64,000 bases of DNA from Spirochaetia bacterium (GTDB taxonomy: Bacteria > Spirochaetota > Spirochaetia > DSM-2461), in NCBI GenBank assembly GCA_963668315.1, contig OY764216.1:3264001-3328000 (forward strand), in the 5' to 3' direction. Made by a program: the position numbers and the translations under genes. Of this stretch, positions 1 to 10,026 are shown one piece after another (positions within the stretch are counted from its first letter, which is position 1; each line of letters starts with the position of its first letter). A model generated the notes under the pieces. That model worked only from the letters and a program-made list of their open reading frames with translations, did not search any database and was not told where the DNA came from.

Positions 1-96
1 ATGAGGTTTTTAGAGATGTAATAAACATAAAAAACGGGCTATAATGAATTATCGGGTAAACGTTTACCCAAGACCGGATCGATTGGGGAGATTTTT

Positions 97-819
97 TTGA
101 ATAGAATTGCTGTTATTTCGGATATTCACGGTAACATTCCGGCCTTGAATGCGGTTCTTGATGATATCGATGGCAGGGGTATTGAAAGCATTATCTGTCT
201 GGGGGATCTGGCGGGCAAGGGACCCTCGTCTTCCCTGGCCGTTGATATAATCAGAGAACGGTGTAAATATGTAATCAAGGGTAACTGGGACTTCTTCCTT
301 TCGGAGAAGGAATCGGATATGCTTAAATGGCATCAGACGCAACTGGGAGAAGAGCGGCTTGAGTATCTGAAAGAGCTGCCCGTGTATCATGAATTTTTCA
401 TGAGCGGCAGATTAGTCCGCCTATGCCATGCCTCGCCGAACGATCTTTTCCACAGGACCTATATTCGAACCGACTGGGGGGAGCGGCTCAGGCTGTTTGA
501 ACCGACGGGAACATCGGATCGGGTGGCCGATGTCATAGGCTACGGCGATATTCACGGAGCCTATATTGAAAATTTTGAAGGGAAAATGATCTTTAATGCG
601 GGCAGTGTGGGAAATCCGCTGGATATCACCCAGTCATCCTATGCCATCATGGAAGGGGTTTGCGACGGTAAAGAGAGTGCTTCCCTGTCCGTATCCCTTG
701 TCCGAATCCCCTATGACATAGAAGAAGCCGTAAGACATGCTTTCCAATCGGATATGCCCGAAAGGGAAGAGTACATAAAAGAGCTTCAGACGGGAATATA
801 CCGCGGCCGACGGGTGTAG
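97..819 (+). CDS. Calcineurin-like metallophosphoesterase
   Basis: Motifs SDIHGN, LGDLAG, GNWD, HASP, NAGSVG. Confidence 0.9.
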   Translation: MNRIAVISDIHGNIPALNAVLDDIDGRGIESIICLGDLAGKGPSSSLAVDIIRERCKYVIKGNWDFFLSEKESDMLKWHQTQLGEERLEYLKELPVYHEFFMSGRLVRLCHASPNDLFHRTYIRTDWGERLRLFEPTGTSDRVADVIGYGDIHGAYIENFEGKMIFNAGSVGNPLDITQSSYAIMEGVCDGKESASLSVSLVRIPYDIEEAVRHAFQSDMPEREEYIKELQTGIYRGRRV

Positions 820-825
820 AAAAGC

Positions 826-1143
826 CTAGCCGCACATGCTGCAGCTGGAGCATTTTGCGGGTGAGCAGGATGATTCTTCTTCCTCTTCTTCCAGATTCCC
901 GTCATCCATGAGCATGTGCCACCACATACGAAGCTCATCAAGCATATCGGCCTGGCTTTCATGGGGCGATTCCGTTTTTAAGTGATGAATGGATTCATCA
1001 AAATCGGCAAACCGGAAATGGTATCCCATCTCCCGAATCGCGCCCATTATTTCCGAAGATGTATCGTACTTATACAGGGATTTTCTGATCTCCTGGTTTT
1101 TTACAATTTCCTTGATAAAATCAATTGCCTCTTGCTGTGCCAT
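826..1143 (-). CDS. Nif11-like small protein with acidic linker and Cys/Ser-rich C-terminal tail
   Basis: N-terminus MAQQEAIDFIKEIVKNQEIRKSL...GYHF resembles the Nif11 leader family; tail EEEEEESSCSPAKCSSCSMCG; AAGGAG RBS upstream. Confidence 0.6.
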   Translation of the reverse strand: MAQQEAIDFIKEIVKNQEIRKSLYKYDTSSEIMGAIREMGYHFRFADFDESIHHLKTESPHESQADMLDELRMWWHMLMDDGNLEEEEEESSCSPAKCSSCSMCG

Positions 1144-1165
1144 GTGAATCTCCTTCCTTATCTTG

Positions 1166-1183
1166 AAGCAAAAATAATGCCAA
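1166..1183 (-). promoter_or_regulatory. sigma-54 (-24/-12) promoter
   Basis: Minus strand reads TTGGCATTATTTTTGCTT = GG-N10-GC in TGGCA/TTGC context, ~22 bp upstream of the 1143 ATG. Confidence 0.7.
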
Positions 1184-1375
1184 TATGCGGAATATTTACT
1201 AAGTGTTTATTGAAAAGAGAAATAGGAGAAAAAATAAAGGGCAGGATTCGCTTGGTTTTACACAAAAAAGTAGAAACGTAAATCCGGTATTACGAAAAAG
1301 TGAAATCCACTTTATCCCCGAACTGCTGGCAATTCCTCCTGTCCTCCCTTAAAATTTAAGTAGAGAGGTGCAGCT

Positions 1376-2200
1376 ATGGCTCTTAAGCTGATAGTCACTG
1401 TCAAACAGGTACCCGATACCGCCGATATAACCGGGCAGGCCATGAAAGAAGACGGTACGGTCAACCGGGAAGCCCTGCCGGCGATTCTCAATCCCGAAGA
1501 TCTTAATGCCCTGGAAGAGGCCTTGAAACTGAAAGAGCTCCACGGAGGGGAAATTACCGTCCTGTCCATGGGGCCCCCTTCCGCCTCGGAAGCTTTGAAG
1601 GAGTGTCTGAGCCGGGGAGCGGACCGGGCCGTATTGCTTTCGGACAGAAAATTTGCCGGAGGCGATACCCTCGCCACGTCACTGACCCTGGCCCTGGCCA
1701 TAGGACGGCTGGGAGACTGGGACATCATTTTCTGCGGCCGTCAGGCTATCGACGGCGACACAGCTCAGGTCGGCCCCCAGCTGGCCGAAAAACTGGGCCT
1801 CAACCAGGTTACCTATGTCTCGGAAGTAACGAAATGGGATCCCTCGGAAAAAAGGCTGTATCTGGAGCGTACAACGGAGTACGGAATCGAAAAAATGCGC
1901 GTCCCTCTGCCCCTGCTTATCACCGTTACGGCTGCGGCCAATACCCCCCGTCCCCCCCATGCAAAACTGGTCCTGGCCCTGAAGGAGAGGGAGTTCTCCC
2001 CCCGGGATAAGGAGATGCGCCTCTGGACCTATGAAGATATCGCCGAAGGGGAAACTCTGGGTATGGCCGGTTCTCCCACCATGGTAAAGGCAATCGAAAA
2101 TGTCGTTCTGACGGTGGGGAAATCGAGGATGATTGAACCGTCGGAAGCTTCTGTCAGGGGTCTGGTTGACGAGTTAAGGGAAGACCATATTATAGGGTAG
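1376..2200 (+). CDS. etfB: Electron transfer flavoprotein beta subunit
   Basis: VKQVPDT start, GRQAIDGDTAQVGP motif. Confidence 0.93.
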   Translation: MALKLIVTVKQVPDTADITGQAMKEDGTVNREALPAILNPEDLNALEEALKLKELHGGEITVLSMGPPSASEALKECLSRGADRAVLLSDRKFAGGDTLATSLTLALAIGRLGDWDIIFCGRQAIDGDTAQVGPQLAEKLGLNQVTYVSEVTKWDPSEKRLYLERTTEYGIEKMRVPLPLLITVTAAANTPRPPHAKLVLALKEREFSPRDKEMRLWTYEDIAEGETLGMAGSPTMVKAIENVVLTVGKSRMIEPSEASVRGLVDELREDHIIG

Positions 2201-2204
2201 TGTA

Positions 2205-3227
2205 ATGAAAGCAGGTATTCTGGTATTTCTGGAACATAACAGCGGCCGTTTTTCTTCTTCCGTAAGGGAGCTGCTCAGTGAAGCGTCACGCCTGGCACGG
2301 CGTCTGGACGTGCCTGTCTCGGCGGCATGCATCGGGTACGGAATCGGGGAATCCCTGGAAAATCTGGGACAGTGGGGCTGCGATCAGGTTTTTGCCGTCG
2401 AAGATGAGCGTCTTGCCTTTTATACTCCCTTGCCCTTCGTCAGGGCTATGATCCACCTCATCGGCAAATACGATCCCGTGATTGTTCTTTACGGGGCCTC
2501 CTCCATGGGGCGCTCTCTGGCTCCCCGGATCGCATCCGCCCTCAGGGTGGGGCTGACGGCGGACTGCACCGCCCTGGCTATCGGAGACTATACATCCAAA
2601 GGCAGCACCTATGGGAATATTCTTATGCAGATAAGACCGGCCTTCGGCGGAAATATCATGGCGACCATCGTGACGCCCCGCAGCAAGCCCAGCATGGCGA
2701 CGGTCAGGCCGGGGGTTATGAAGGTCTGTGAACCGCTCGCGGGGAAGAAAGCCGCAGTCATAAGGGAAAGGGTGGAGTTTCGGGGGGAAGATTTTGTGAC
2801 GGAGATTCTGGAATTCATTAAAAGGGAAAAGGAGGTTAACCTGGAAGAGGCCCATGTCATCGTTTCCGCCGGCATGGGGGCGGGAAATCCTGAGTCCCTT
2901 GCCCTTGTAAAAGAGCTCTGCCGTGTCCTGGGGGGCGCCCTGGGGGCAAGCCGCGCCATAGTGGACGGGGGATTTCTCTCCAAGGATCATCAGGTAGGCC
3001 AGACGGGGACAACGGTAAGGCCCAATCTTTACGTGGCCTGCGGAATATCGGGACAGATACAGCATCGGGCGGGAATGATGGAGTCAAAACGCATTGTAGC
3101 CATCAACACGGATCCGGAGGCTCCTATCTTTAAAATCGCCCATTACGGTATCGTGGGTGATCTGAATAAGATCATCCCCATGCTGATTCGGGCCTATCAG
3201 GAACAGGCAAGGGGGAGGGCGGAATGA
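2205..3227 (+). CDS. etfA: Electron transfer flavoprotein alpha subunit
   Basis: GLTADCT, RPAFGGN, QVGQTGTTVRP, GISGQIQH motifs. Confidence 0.93.
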   Translation: MKAGILVFLEHNSGRFSSSVRELLSEASRLARRLDVPVSAACIGYGIGESLENLGQWGCDQVFAVEDERLAFYTPLPFVRAMIHLIGKYDPVIVLYGASSMGRSLAPRIASALRVGLTADCTALAIGDYTSKGSTYGNILMQIRPAFGGNIMATIVTPRSKPSMATVRPGVMKVCEPLAGKKAAVIRERVEFRGEDFVTEILEFIKREKEVNLEEAHVIVSAGMGAGNPESLALVKELCRVLGGALGASRAIVDGGFLSKDHQVGQTGTTVRPNLYVACGISGQIQHRAGMMESKRIVAINTDPEAPIFKIAHYGIVGDLNKIIPMLIRAYQEQARGRAE

Positions 3228-4933
3228 CCAATTTCTATCTGGACAACGGGGATATCCTTTTTCATTTACTGACGGTGGATCTGCCCGCTGTGGTTGAGTT
3301 GAAGGAGGAAGCATTTAAAGACAGGGGGCAGTACCCCGAAGCTCCCCGGAATTTCGAGGATGCCCTGGATGACTATAAAAAAGTACTGACTCTTATCGGA
3401 AAGATAGCCGGTGAGGAGATTGCCCCCCGGGCGGAAGAGGTGGATAAAACCGGTCCCGTCTGCCGGGACGGGCGGGTCGACCTGGCCGGTGAAACCCGCG
3501 AAATGCTCAAGGATTTGAAGCAGGCCGATCTTATGGGATTTACTCTGCCCCGCTCCTTCGGCGGGTTGAATTTCCCCAAGACCATCTACTGCGCGGCCAT
3601 CGAGATTGTCTCCCGGGCGGATGCATCCCTGATGACACTGTTCGGCCTCCAGGAAATCTCCGAGACTATTTACCGGTTCGGAACTCCCGAGCAGAGGGAG
3701 AAGTACCTTTCCCATTTCGCGTCGGGAGAGTATTCCGGGGCCATGGCTCTTACCGAGCCCGATGCGGGGTCCGATCTGTCGGCCGCCCGGCTGACAGCTG
3801 AGGAGATAGACGGACGATGGTATCTGAGCGGGGTGAAGCATTTCATAACCAACGGCTGCGCCGATATTATTCTGGTCATGGCCCGCAGCGAGCCGGATAT
3901 CCCCGATGCCCGGGGGCTCTCCCTCTTCATTTATGAGAAGGAGAAACACCTGAAAATACGGAGAATCGAGAGCAAAGTGGGTATCCACGGATCTCCCACC
4001 TGTGAGCTGCAGTTTGACAAAGCGCCGGCCTATCTGCTGGGACAGAGGAAACGGGGCCTGATAAAATATACCTTTTCCCTTATGAACGGCGCCCGTCTGG
4101 CCGTTTCCGCCCAGGCAGTGGGAATTATGGAGGCCGCCTATCATGAGGCGCGCCATTATGCCTCCCAGAGAATGCAGTTCGGCAGGGAAATCGAGAACTT
4201 CCCTCCCATCTACGAAATGCTTACCCGCATGAGAACCATCATCGAAGCCTCCCGGACGCTGCTGTACGAAACGGCCGTGATGGTGGATAAAAAGGAGGGG
4301 ATGGAAGAACTTATGGAAAAGGACCCTTCAAGGAAGAAGGATCTCAGGACGGATCTCAAAAAAATGGACCGCTATGTGCAGCTTTTTACTCCTCTGCTCA
4401 AATGCTTTGTCACCGAATGGGGCAATCGCCTCTGCTACGATGCCCTGCAGATTCACGGGGGAGCCGGATATACCACGGACTTTCCCATTGAAAGAATCAC
4501 CCGGGATATGCGCATCACCAGTATCTATGAGGGAACGACCCAGATGCAGGTGCTGGCGGCCATAGGCAGTATTATGAAAGGTACGCCCCTGGAGTGGATA
4601 GAGGATCTCCTGGCGGATCATGATAGTCCGGCCCCATCGGATTTGACGGAACGGGCGGGGGAGTATCTGGAGATTATGAAATCATCCATCCGGATTGTCG
4701 CCGAGAAGGCCGATGAAGAGTTCAGGGATTATCATGCCCGGAGAATCGTGGATATGACCGCCGATACGATTCTCAGTTTCCTTTTGATAAAACAGGGAGA
4801 AAAGGACGGGAGGAAGAAACTACTCGCCCGGCAGTTCATGGACGATGGGGAAGGCAGAATCCTGGCCGCTTACCGCAAGATATCCCGTGAGGAGGACGTG
4901 GTTCTTTCTGACCGCCCTTCGATCATCGGGTAA
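3224..4933 (+). CDS. Acyl-CoA dehydrogenase
   Basis: ALTEPDAGSD, KHFITNG, QIHGGAG, IYEGTTQMQ; 4-bp overlap with etfA. Confidence 0.92.
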   Translation: MTNFYLDNGDILFHLLTVDLPAVVELKEEAFKDRGQYPEAPRNFEDALDDYKKVLTLIGKIAGEEIAPRAEEVDKTGPVCRDGRVDLAGETREMLKDLKQADLMGFTLPRSFGGLNFPKTIYCAAIEIVSRADASLMTLFGLQEISETIYRFGTPEQREKYLSHFASGEYSGAMALTEPDAGSDLSAARLTAEEIDGRWYLSGVKHFITNGCADIILVMARSEPDIPDARGLSLFIYEKEKHLKIRRIESKVGIHGSPTCELQFDKAPAYLLGQRKRGLIKYTFSLMNGARLAVSAQAVGIMEAAYHEARHYASQRMQFGREIENFPPIYEMLTRMRTIIEASRTLLYETAVMVDKKEGMEELMEKDPSRKKDLRTDLKKMDRYVQLFTPLLKCFVTEWGNRLCYDALQIHGGAGYTTDFPIERITRDMRITSIYEGTTQMQVLAAIGSIMKGTPLEWIEDLLADHDSPAPSDLTERAGEYLEIMKSSIRIVAEKADEEFRDYHARRIVDMTADTILSFLLIKQGEKDGRKKLLARQFMDDGEGRILAAYRKISREEDVVLSDRPSIIG

Positions 4934-6242
4934 AAAGAAAGGATACGCCCAATCCGCCACCGGCGCATCCGCAGGCGAGAGCCTTGAGCCGCGACTTATC
5001 TTCGTCGAAGGCGGATAGAATATTGCAGACCAGCCGTATATTGGTAGCCCCCAGGGGATGGGTATAAGCCAGGGAACCGCCGTAGATATTGGTTTTATCC
5101 TGATCCCAGGTGTATCCCAGATTCTCCCGGCTCTCCTTGTAAACCGAGAGCGCCTGGGAGGCAAAGGCCTCGTGAATTTCCCATATATCAATCTCTCCCG
5201 CGCTTTCCGCCAGGGGAGGAGGTGATAGTATCCTCGCCGTGGAATAGGCCGGCGCGATGCCCATGATGACCGGATCCACTCCCGCTTTGGCCCAGTCGGC
5301 TATTCGCAGGCGGATGGGAAGAGCCAGCTCGCAGGCTCTTTTTTCCGTGGTAAGAATCATGGCTCCCGCTCCGTCGCCGGGAATGGAGGAGGTATACATG
5401 GTCACGGTCGGCTCAATATTTGTAATTCCCAGACGGTTCATCTGTTCCTTATGTTTTTCCAGGAGTTTCGATGCCGGCAGAAAAGGGGAATCCTCGGCAA
5501 AAACCAGATCGGCCCGGCTGAAGGAATCATCCCGCCGGAGCATCCTTTTTCTGTTCAGGGGATAACTGTCGGACGGGAGGCCATCCAGGGGAAGAATATA
5601 GGTGTCCAGAATCCCCGATTCCACAGCCTTGACGGCCCGTTCGAGATTCCGCCGGGTATACTCCTCCTGCTCTTCCCTGCCGATTTGGTAGCGGTTGGCC
5701 ATAATCTCCCCGATTTCGATCATGGAAAGATCGTTATTGGTATCGGTCAGGGCTTCCGTCAGGCAATGGATGAAATCGTTCTCGCCGATAAAGCCTTCCG
5801 GATCTTCTTTTAGGGCACGGGCGATCTCTTCCCCGGATTCAAAACCGGCACCGCGGGATTCCAGGCGGTAGCCGTACCGGCTCATCATTTCCACGCCCCC
5901 GATGAGAAAGAGATCACCGTGGCCCTGAAGTATCTCTCCCATCGCCGCCGATAGGGACATGAAGGAAGAGTTGCAGTTGGCCTGGAGGGTATAGTCGATG
6001 GACGCCGGGGGAATGCCTGCCTTCTGGGAGGCCATACGGGAGATATTGGTCCAGCGCGAATCCTGCAGGACCGTTCCTGTTATCACACCGCTGACCCGTT
6101 CGGGACTGAGCTGATTTCTTTTGAGCAGTTCCCTGAACAGGGGAGAAAGGAGGTCATCGGCGGCGATATCCTTCAGTTTATTTCCCTGGCAGAACGGCGT
6201 CCTGAGGGCGTCGACGATAACAAAGCTATTTTCGTTTTTCAT
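4923..6242 (-). CDS. Thiolase (HEAF type, FadI/trifunctional-enzyme-like)
   Basis: RTPF, catalytic Cys in ANCNSS, EIHEAFASQ, THPLGAT, CAGGGLG. Confidence 0.85.
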   Translation of the reverse strand: MKNENSFVIVDALRTPFCQGNKLKDIAADDLLSPLFRELLKRNQLSPERVSGVITGTVLQDSRWTNISRMASQKAGIPPASIDYTLQANCNSSFMSLSAAMGEILQGHGDLFLIGGVEMMSRYGYRLESRGAGFESGEEIARALKEDPEGFIGENDFIHCLTEALTDTNNDLSMIEIGEIMANRYQIGREEQEEYTRRNLERAVKAVESGILDTYILPLDGLPSDSYPLNRKRMLRRDDSFSRADLVFAEDSPFLPASKLLEKHKEQMNRLGITNIEPTVTMYTSSIPGDGAGAMILTTEKRACELALPIRLRIADWAKAGVDPVIMGIAPAYSTARILSPPPLAESAGEIDIWEIHEAFASQALSVYKESRENLGYTWDQDKTNIYGGSLAYTHPLGATNIRLVCNILSAFDEDKSRLKALACGCAGGGLGVSFLFTR

Positions 6243-6251
6243 AGGTTTCTC

Positions 6252-7481
6252 CTAAGAACATCTCTCCACGGCCAGGGCGATTCCGTTCCCCCCTCCCATG
6301 CAGATAGCCACGAGCCCCAGGGAGAGATCTTCCCTTTCCAGCCTGTGGAGAAGGGTCGTGATAAGCCTAGTCCCGGCTGCCCCTATGGGATGTCCGAGGG
6401 AGAGGCAGTCCCCCTGGATATTCACTTTTTTCATATCCGCTTTCAGGTCTTCTTCATAGAAGAGCATCTGCGAGCCGAAGGCGGGATTCAGTTCCAGGAC
6501 ATCAAAATCGTCGAGGACCATCCGGGTTTTTTCAAGGAGTTTCCGAACGGCGAGGACTGGGGCCAGAAGGAAATCCTCTTCCCGAACCCCCACCCGGGCG
6601 TAATCGAGTATTCGGGCCATAGGGGGGAGATCCCTTTTCGCCGCCTCTTCATAGGAGGAGAGCAGCACGAAGGCGGCGCCGTTAGCCAGGGGGGGGGAAT
6701 TATGGGCCGACAGATAGATTCCCCCGGGGGAGAATCCCGTTCCCCGCCTCCTTTTCAGTTTTTCCAGGCTGACATGATGGGGGAGTTCATCCTGACGGGC
6801 CCAGCCGTCGGAAAGGACCAGTTCCTTATCGAAAAGGCCCTCCTCACGGGCGGCGAGAGCCCTTTCATGACTCTCCCGGGCAAAACTGTCTATTCTTGCC
6901 TTTGTCTCATCGGGATTGAGCCCTCTCTCCCGGACCCATCTGGCCGTTGTCTCTTCGCCGTGGACGATGGTATGGGTGTCATGGATGGCGCACCAGAGAG
7001 AGTCGTATAACGCCGACTGCCTGAGTTTGGGTTCCGCCTCTCCCAGGGGCATCTCCTGCATGCCGATGATCTCCTCCCGGGAAAGGAGGTAGGGGGCCGC
7101 TGAGGGTGCTTCGATTCCCCCCGCTGCGACAAGGGAATAGCATTCGGTCAGAATGGACTGGCGGGCCAGAAGAACCGCCTCCAGACTGGAACCGCAGAGC
7201 TGATTGATGATAAAGGCCGAGGAGGGAGGCGGCAGACCGAGGGAATGGAAAACCTGTCTCGGAAGACTCTGTCCCGTACCAGCCCCGAGGGCCTGGCCGA
7301 TTATTATCTGCTCAAGGGGGCAGTCCTCTAGGGAGAGAGAAGGGAGGGAACTGATGAGGCCCTTCAGGACGGGAGCTCCCAGCTGAACTGGTTTCAATGA
7401 CGCCAGGGAGCCCGAGAGGCTTCCCAGAGGGGAACGCTTTGCTCCCAGAAAAACCACATCGGAGGAACGGTACCGGGACAT
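6252..7481 (-). CDS. Thiolase (acetyl-CoA C-acyltransferase family), NPAF variant
   Basis: KRSPLG, NQLCGSS, ELNPAF, GHPIGAAG, CMGGGNG. Confidence 0.88.
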   Translation of the reverse strand: MSRYRSSDVVFLGAKRSPLGSLSGSLASLKPVQLGAPVLKGLISSLPSLSLEDCPLEQIIIGQALGAGTGQSLPRQVFHSLGLPPPSSAFIINQLCGSSLEAVLLARQSILTECYSLVAAGGIEAPSAAPYLLSREEIIGMQEMPLGEAEPKLRQSALYDSLWCAIHDTHTIVHGEETTARWVRERGLNPDETKARIDSFARESHERALAAREEGLFDKELVLSDGWARQDELPHHVSLEKLKRRRGTGFSPGGIYLSAHNSPPLANGAAFVLLSSYEEAAKRDLPPMARILDYARVGVREEDFLLAPVLAVRKLLEKTRMVLDDFDVLELNPAFGSQMLFYEEDLKADMKKVNIQGDCLSLGHPIGAAGTRLITTLLHRLEREDLSLGLVAICMGGGNGIALAVERCS

Positions 7482-7489
7482 GGAAGTTT

Positions 7490-7735
7490 CTAGCCGTTCT
7501 TAATGATGTAATCTATCGCATCCTGGGCGCTTAGAATCTTGACCGCTTCATCGATGGGAATCTTTATTCCGTAGCGATCCTCCATTTCCATAATCAGTTC
7601 CGATGCTTCAATGGAACTGATCCCGTATTCCAGGCGTAGTTTTTTGTTCAGATCGAGTTCGTCCGGATCAAGACCCACATAGTCTGCAGCCACCTCTCTG
7701 ATGTCATCGGTCACTTCATTTACATCTAAAGCCAT
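7490..7735 (-). CDS. Acyl carrier protein (atypical GISSIE motif)
   Basis: 81 aa acidic helical protein; ELIMEMEDRYGIKIP and DAIDYI are ACP hallmarks; AGGAGG RBS. Confidence 0.85.
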   Translation of the reverse strand: MALDVNEVTDDIREVAADYVGLDPDELDLNKKLRLEYGISSIEASELIMEMEDRYGIKIPIDEAVKILSAQDAIDYIIKNG

Positions 7736-7747
7736 GATTTCCTCCTT

Positions 7748-7827
7748 TGGCTAATCCAGGTACTGGCTAATCCAACGTTATTATATAATGGCTAACACGC
7801 AACCAGGCTAAGCCGCATACATGCTAA
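7748..7827. repeat. Five GGCTAA/TGCTAA direct repeats in the intergenic region upstream of the ACP
   Basis: Copies at 7749, 7765, 7790, 7806, 7822; first two are identical 11-mers TGGCTAATCCA. Confidence 0.6.
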
Positions 7828-7839
7828 CCTGGTGTATCC

Positions 7840-9048
7840 TTAGTCCTCCTGCTTCCGGCCATCCTCTTCCAGAAAATTCCTTATATCACGGGGAGGATCA
7901 AGCAGAGCCCCGCTAATCGAATATCTCCGGGGTTCCGGGTTATTCCGCCCGAGCAGTTCCAGCCGACTAATGACCGAGTCCCGGCCTTTCGAACGAAGAA
8001 GGCTGAAGGGACCCTCTGTCCATCGAGTCCCCAGTTCCATCGCTCGGTCGATCGCCAGGAAATCGGGTGTCAGTCTCTCTTCGACGACACGACAGGCTTC
8101 ATTGATGATTACCGCCATCAGATCATCGGAACAAAATACGGGAGAAGGAGTGTCCTCTATTTTTTGTCCTCTCCCGTCCAGCCGCGGGTTATAATCGGGA
8201 TCAATCGCGGTATTGGCGTAATAATAAATCCCCCGGCCGGATTTTCTTCCAAAAAAGCCCTTGCGGGCGTACTCCCTCAACAGGGGGGCCGGTTCGTAGC
8301 GCCTGTCTTCATCGAACCCGTGATAAAGTCTCTCCGCTGCGGCATGGGTCGTATCAATTCCGATAAGATCGACAAGATTGAAGGGGCCCATGGGAAGAAT
8401 TCCCGAGGCGGCGACCGAAGAATCGATATCAAGTGCTCTCTGTATTAAGTCATCCCCCGAAAGACCTTCGAGCCTGTGGAAAGCTTCATTGACCACGGGT
8501 ATGAGAATGCGGTTGACGATAAACCCGGGAGAATCCCTGCAGAGAACGGCCTCTTTTTTCAGTTCTCCGATGAACTTCATTACCCTTAGCAGATTCTGCT
8601 CATCCAGCGCAGGATGGGTAATGACTTCGACAAGGCGCATAAGAAAGGCGGGATTGAAAAAATGGAGTCCTACCACTCTTTCCGGAACGGCTGAGGCATG
8701 GGCAAGGGATACCACGCTCAGGGAAGATGTATTGCTGGCAAGGATCGTACGGGACGGAGCCAGGCGGCCCATCTGAGAGAAAATCTCAGATTTTATCTCC
8801 AGATTTTCCACCGCCGCCTCTATGGCCAGATCGGCATCCTGAAGGGCTCCTGCGAGAGATTCCGATCCGCTTACCAAATCGGGATTCTGGCTTCTTCGGG
8901 CGCCCTTTTTTATCTGTTCAATAGTATCTGACAGTTTCCCGGCATCCGTATCAAACAGGATGACGGGATATCCCTGCTTGAAAATGGCCTTGGCAATTCC
9001 CATGCCCATGATGCCGGCACCGATAACGGATATCCTGTGTATTTCCAT
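7840..9048 (-). CDS. 3-hydroxyacyl-CoA dehydrogenase (duplicated C-terminal domain)
   Basis: GAGIMG Rossmann motif, ASNTSS, HFFNP, PGFIVNR, PMGPF. Confidence 0.92.
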   Translation of the reverse strand: MEIHRISVIGAGIMGMGIAKAIFKQGYPVILFDTDAGKLSDTIEQIKKGARRSQNPDLVSGSESLAGALQDADLAIEAAVENLEIKSEIFSQMGRLAPSRTILASNTSSLSVVSLAHASAVPERVVGLHFFNPAFLMRLVEVITHPALDEQNLLRVMKFIGELKKEAVLCRDSPGFIVNRILIPVVNEAFHRLEGLSGDDLIQRALDIDSSVAASGILPMGPFNLVDLIGIDTTHAAAERLYHGFDEDRRYEPAPLLREYARKGFFGRKSGRGIYYYANTAIDPDYNPRLDGRGQKIEDTPSPVFCSDDLMAVIINEACRVVEERLTPDFLAIDRAMELGTRWTEGPFSLLRSKGRDSVISRLELLGRNNPEPRRYSISGALLDPPRDIRNFLEEDGRKQED

Positions 9049-9057
9049 CCTGTCCTC

Positions 9058-10026
9058 CTAGGTTCCGGAAAAAAGGGGAAGCCTCTCCTCCCTAAGCGCC
9101 CCAATTCCTTCCCGGCAGTCCTCCGTGCGGAAAAGGAGGAGGAAAAGGGCCTTCTCCATAGCCAGCCCGAAGGGGTAGTCTCCCATATCGGTATGGCGGT
9201 AGAGAAAGTCCACCGCCTCCCTGGCCATCGGCGCCGGGCCGCCTTCCAAGGGATTCCGAGGGGGACGGAACGAATCATGGAACAGTGCGGCTAAAGCCTC
9301 GGGATCCTTTTCAAAGGCCTCCGATCTGACAGGGGGATTTTTTTTTCTTTTCCAGTCCGTCCGCAAGCGGTTGAATGCCTCTCTGAGCAGATCCGGCGGT
9401 TCGCACAGGGCATCGACCAGTCCCAGGTCCAAGGCGTCTTTCGGGCCGATTTCGGCAAATCCCCTCTGAATTATATCGCGTGCCTTATCCTCGCCGATGA
9501 GTTTTCTGAGGTTCTGTGTTCCTCCCATGGCCGGAATAATACCCAGCGTGACTTCGGGAAGTCCCATCATGACATTCTCCCGGGTGGAGCTGAGGCGGTA
9601 GTCACAGGCCATGGCTGTTTCAAGTCCGCCGCCCAGAGTCAGGCCGTTAAGGGCCGCACAAACCGGCTTGGGAAAGTTCTGAATCTGTATGACTAAGGCC
9701 TGAGCCCTTTCGATAAAATCCCGGCAGGCCTTCTCATCAATTTCCAGGAGCAGCTCGATCTTCGCTCCCCGGGAAAAAGCCACACGGTGGGCGCTTGTAA
9801 GGATAACACCGCCCAATGAAGAATCAACGGCCGCTTCGGTCAGAATAAGGTTCAATTCGTTGAACATCCTCTCATCAAGGTGGTTTCCCGAGATGCGATG
9901 CTGTTTTTTGTCATCCTTGAACTTATGCAAGGCAATAAGGAGAATGTTCTCCTGACGATAGATGTCGAGATCCCTGAATGCCGTTTCCTTAAGGGTATAA
10001 CCGGCTTGTTCAAAGGGGGATATCAT
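9058..10026 (-). CDS. Enoyl-CoA hydratase/isomerase (crotonase)
   Basis: GGGLETAMACD and GLPEVTLGIIP with both catalytic Glu. Confidence 0.9.
   Translation of the reverse strand: MISPFEQAGYTLKETAFRDLDIYRQENILLIALHKFKDDKKQHRISGNHLDERMFNELNLILTEAAVDSSLGGVILTSAHRVAFSRGAKIELLLEIDEKACRDFIERAQALVIQIQNFPKPVCAALNGLTLGGGLETAMACDYRLSSTRENVMMGLPEVTLGIIPAMGGTQNLRKLIGEDKARDIIQRGFAEIGPKDALDLGLVDALCEPPDLLREAFNRLRTDWKRKKNPPVRSEAFEKDPEALAALFHDSFRPPRNPLEGGPAPMAREAVDFLYRHTDMGDYPFGLAMEKALFLLLFRTEDCREGIGALREERLPLFSGT

Noticed and set aside
1190..1370. NifA upstream activator site for the sigma-54 promoter
   Set aside because: No TGT-N10-ACA match found by eye.
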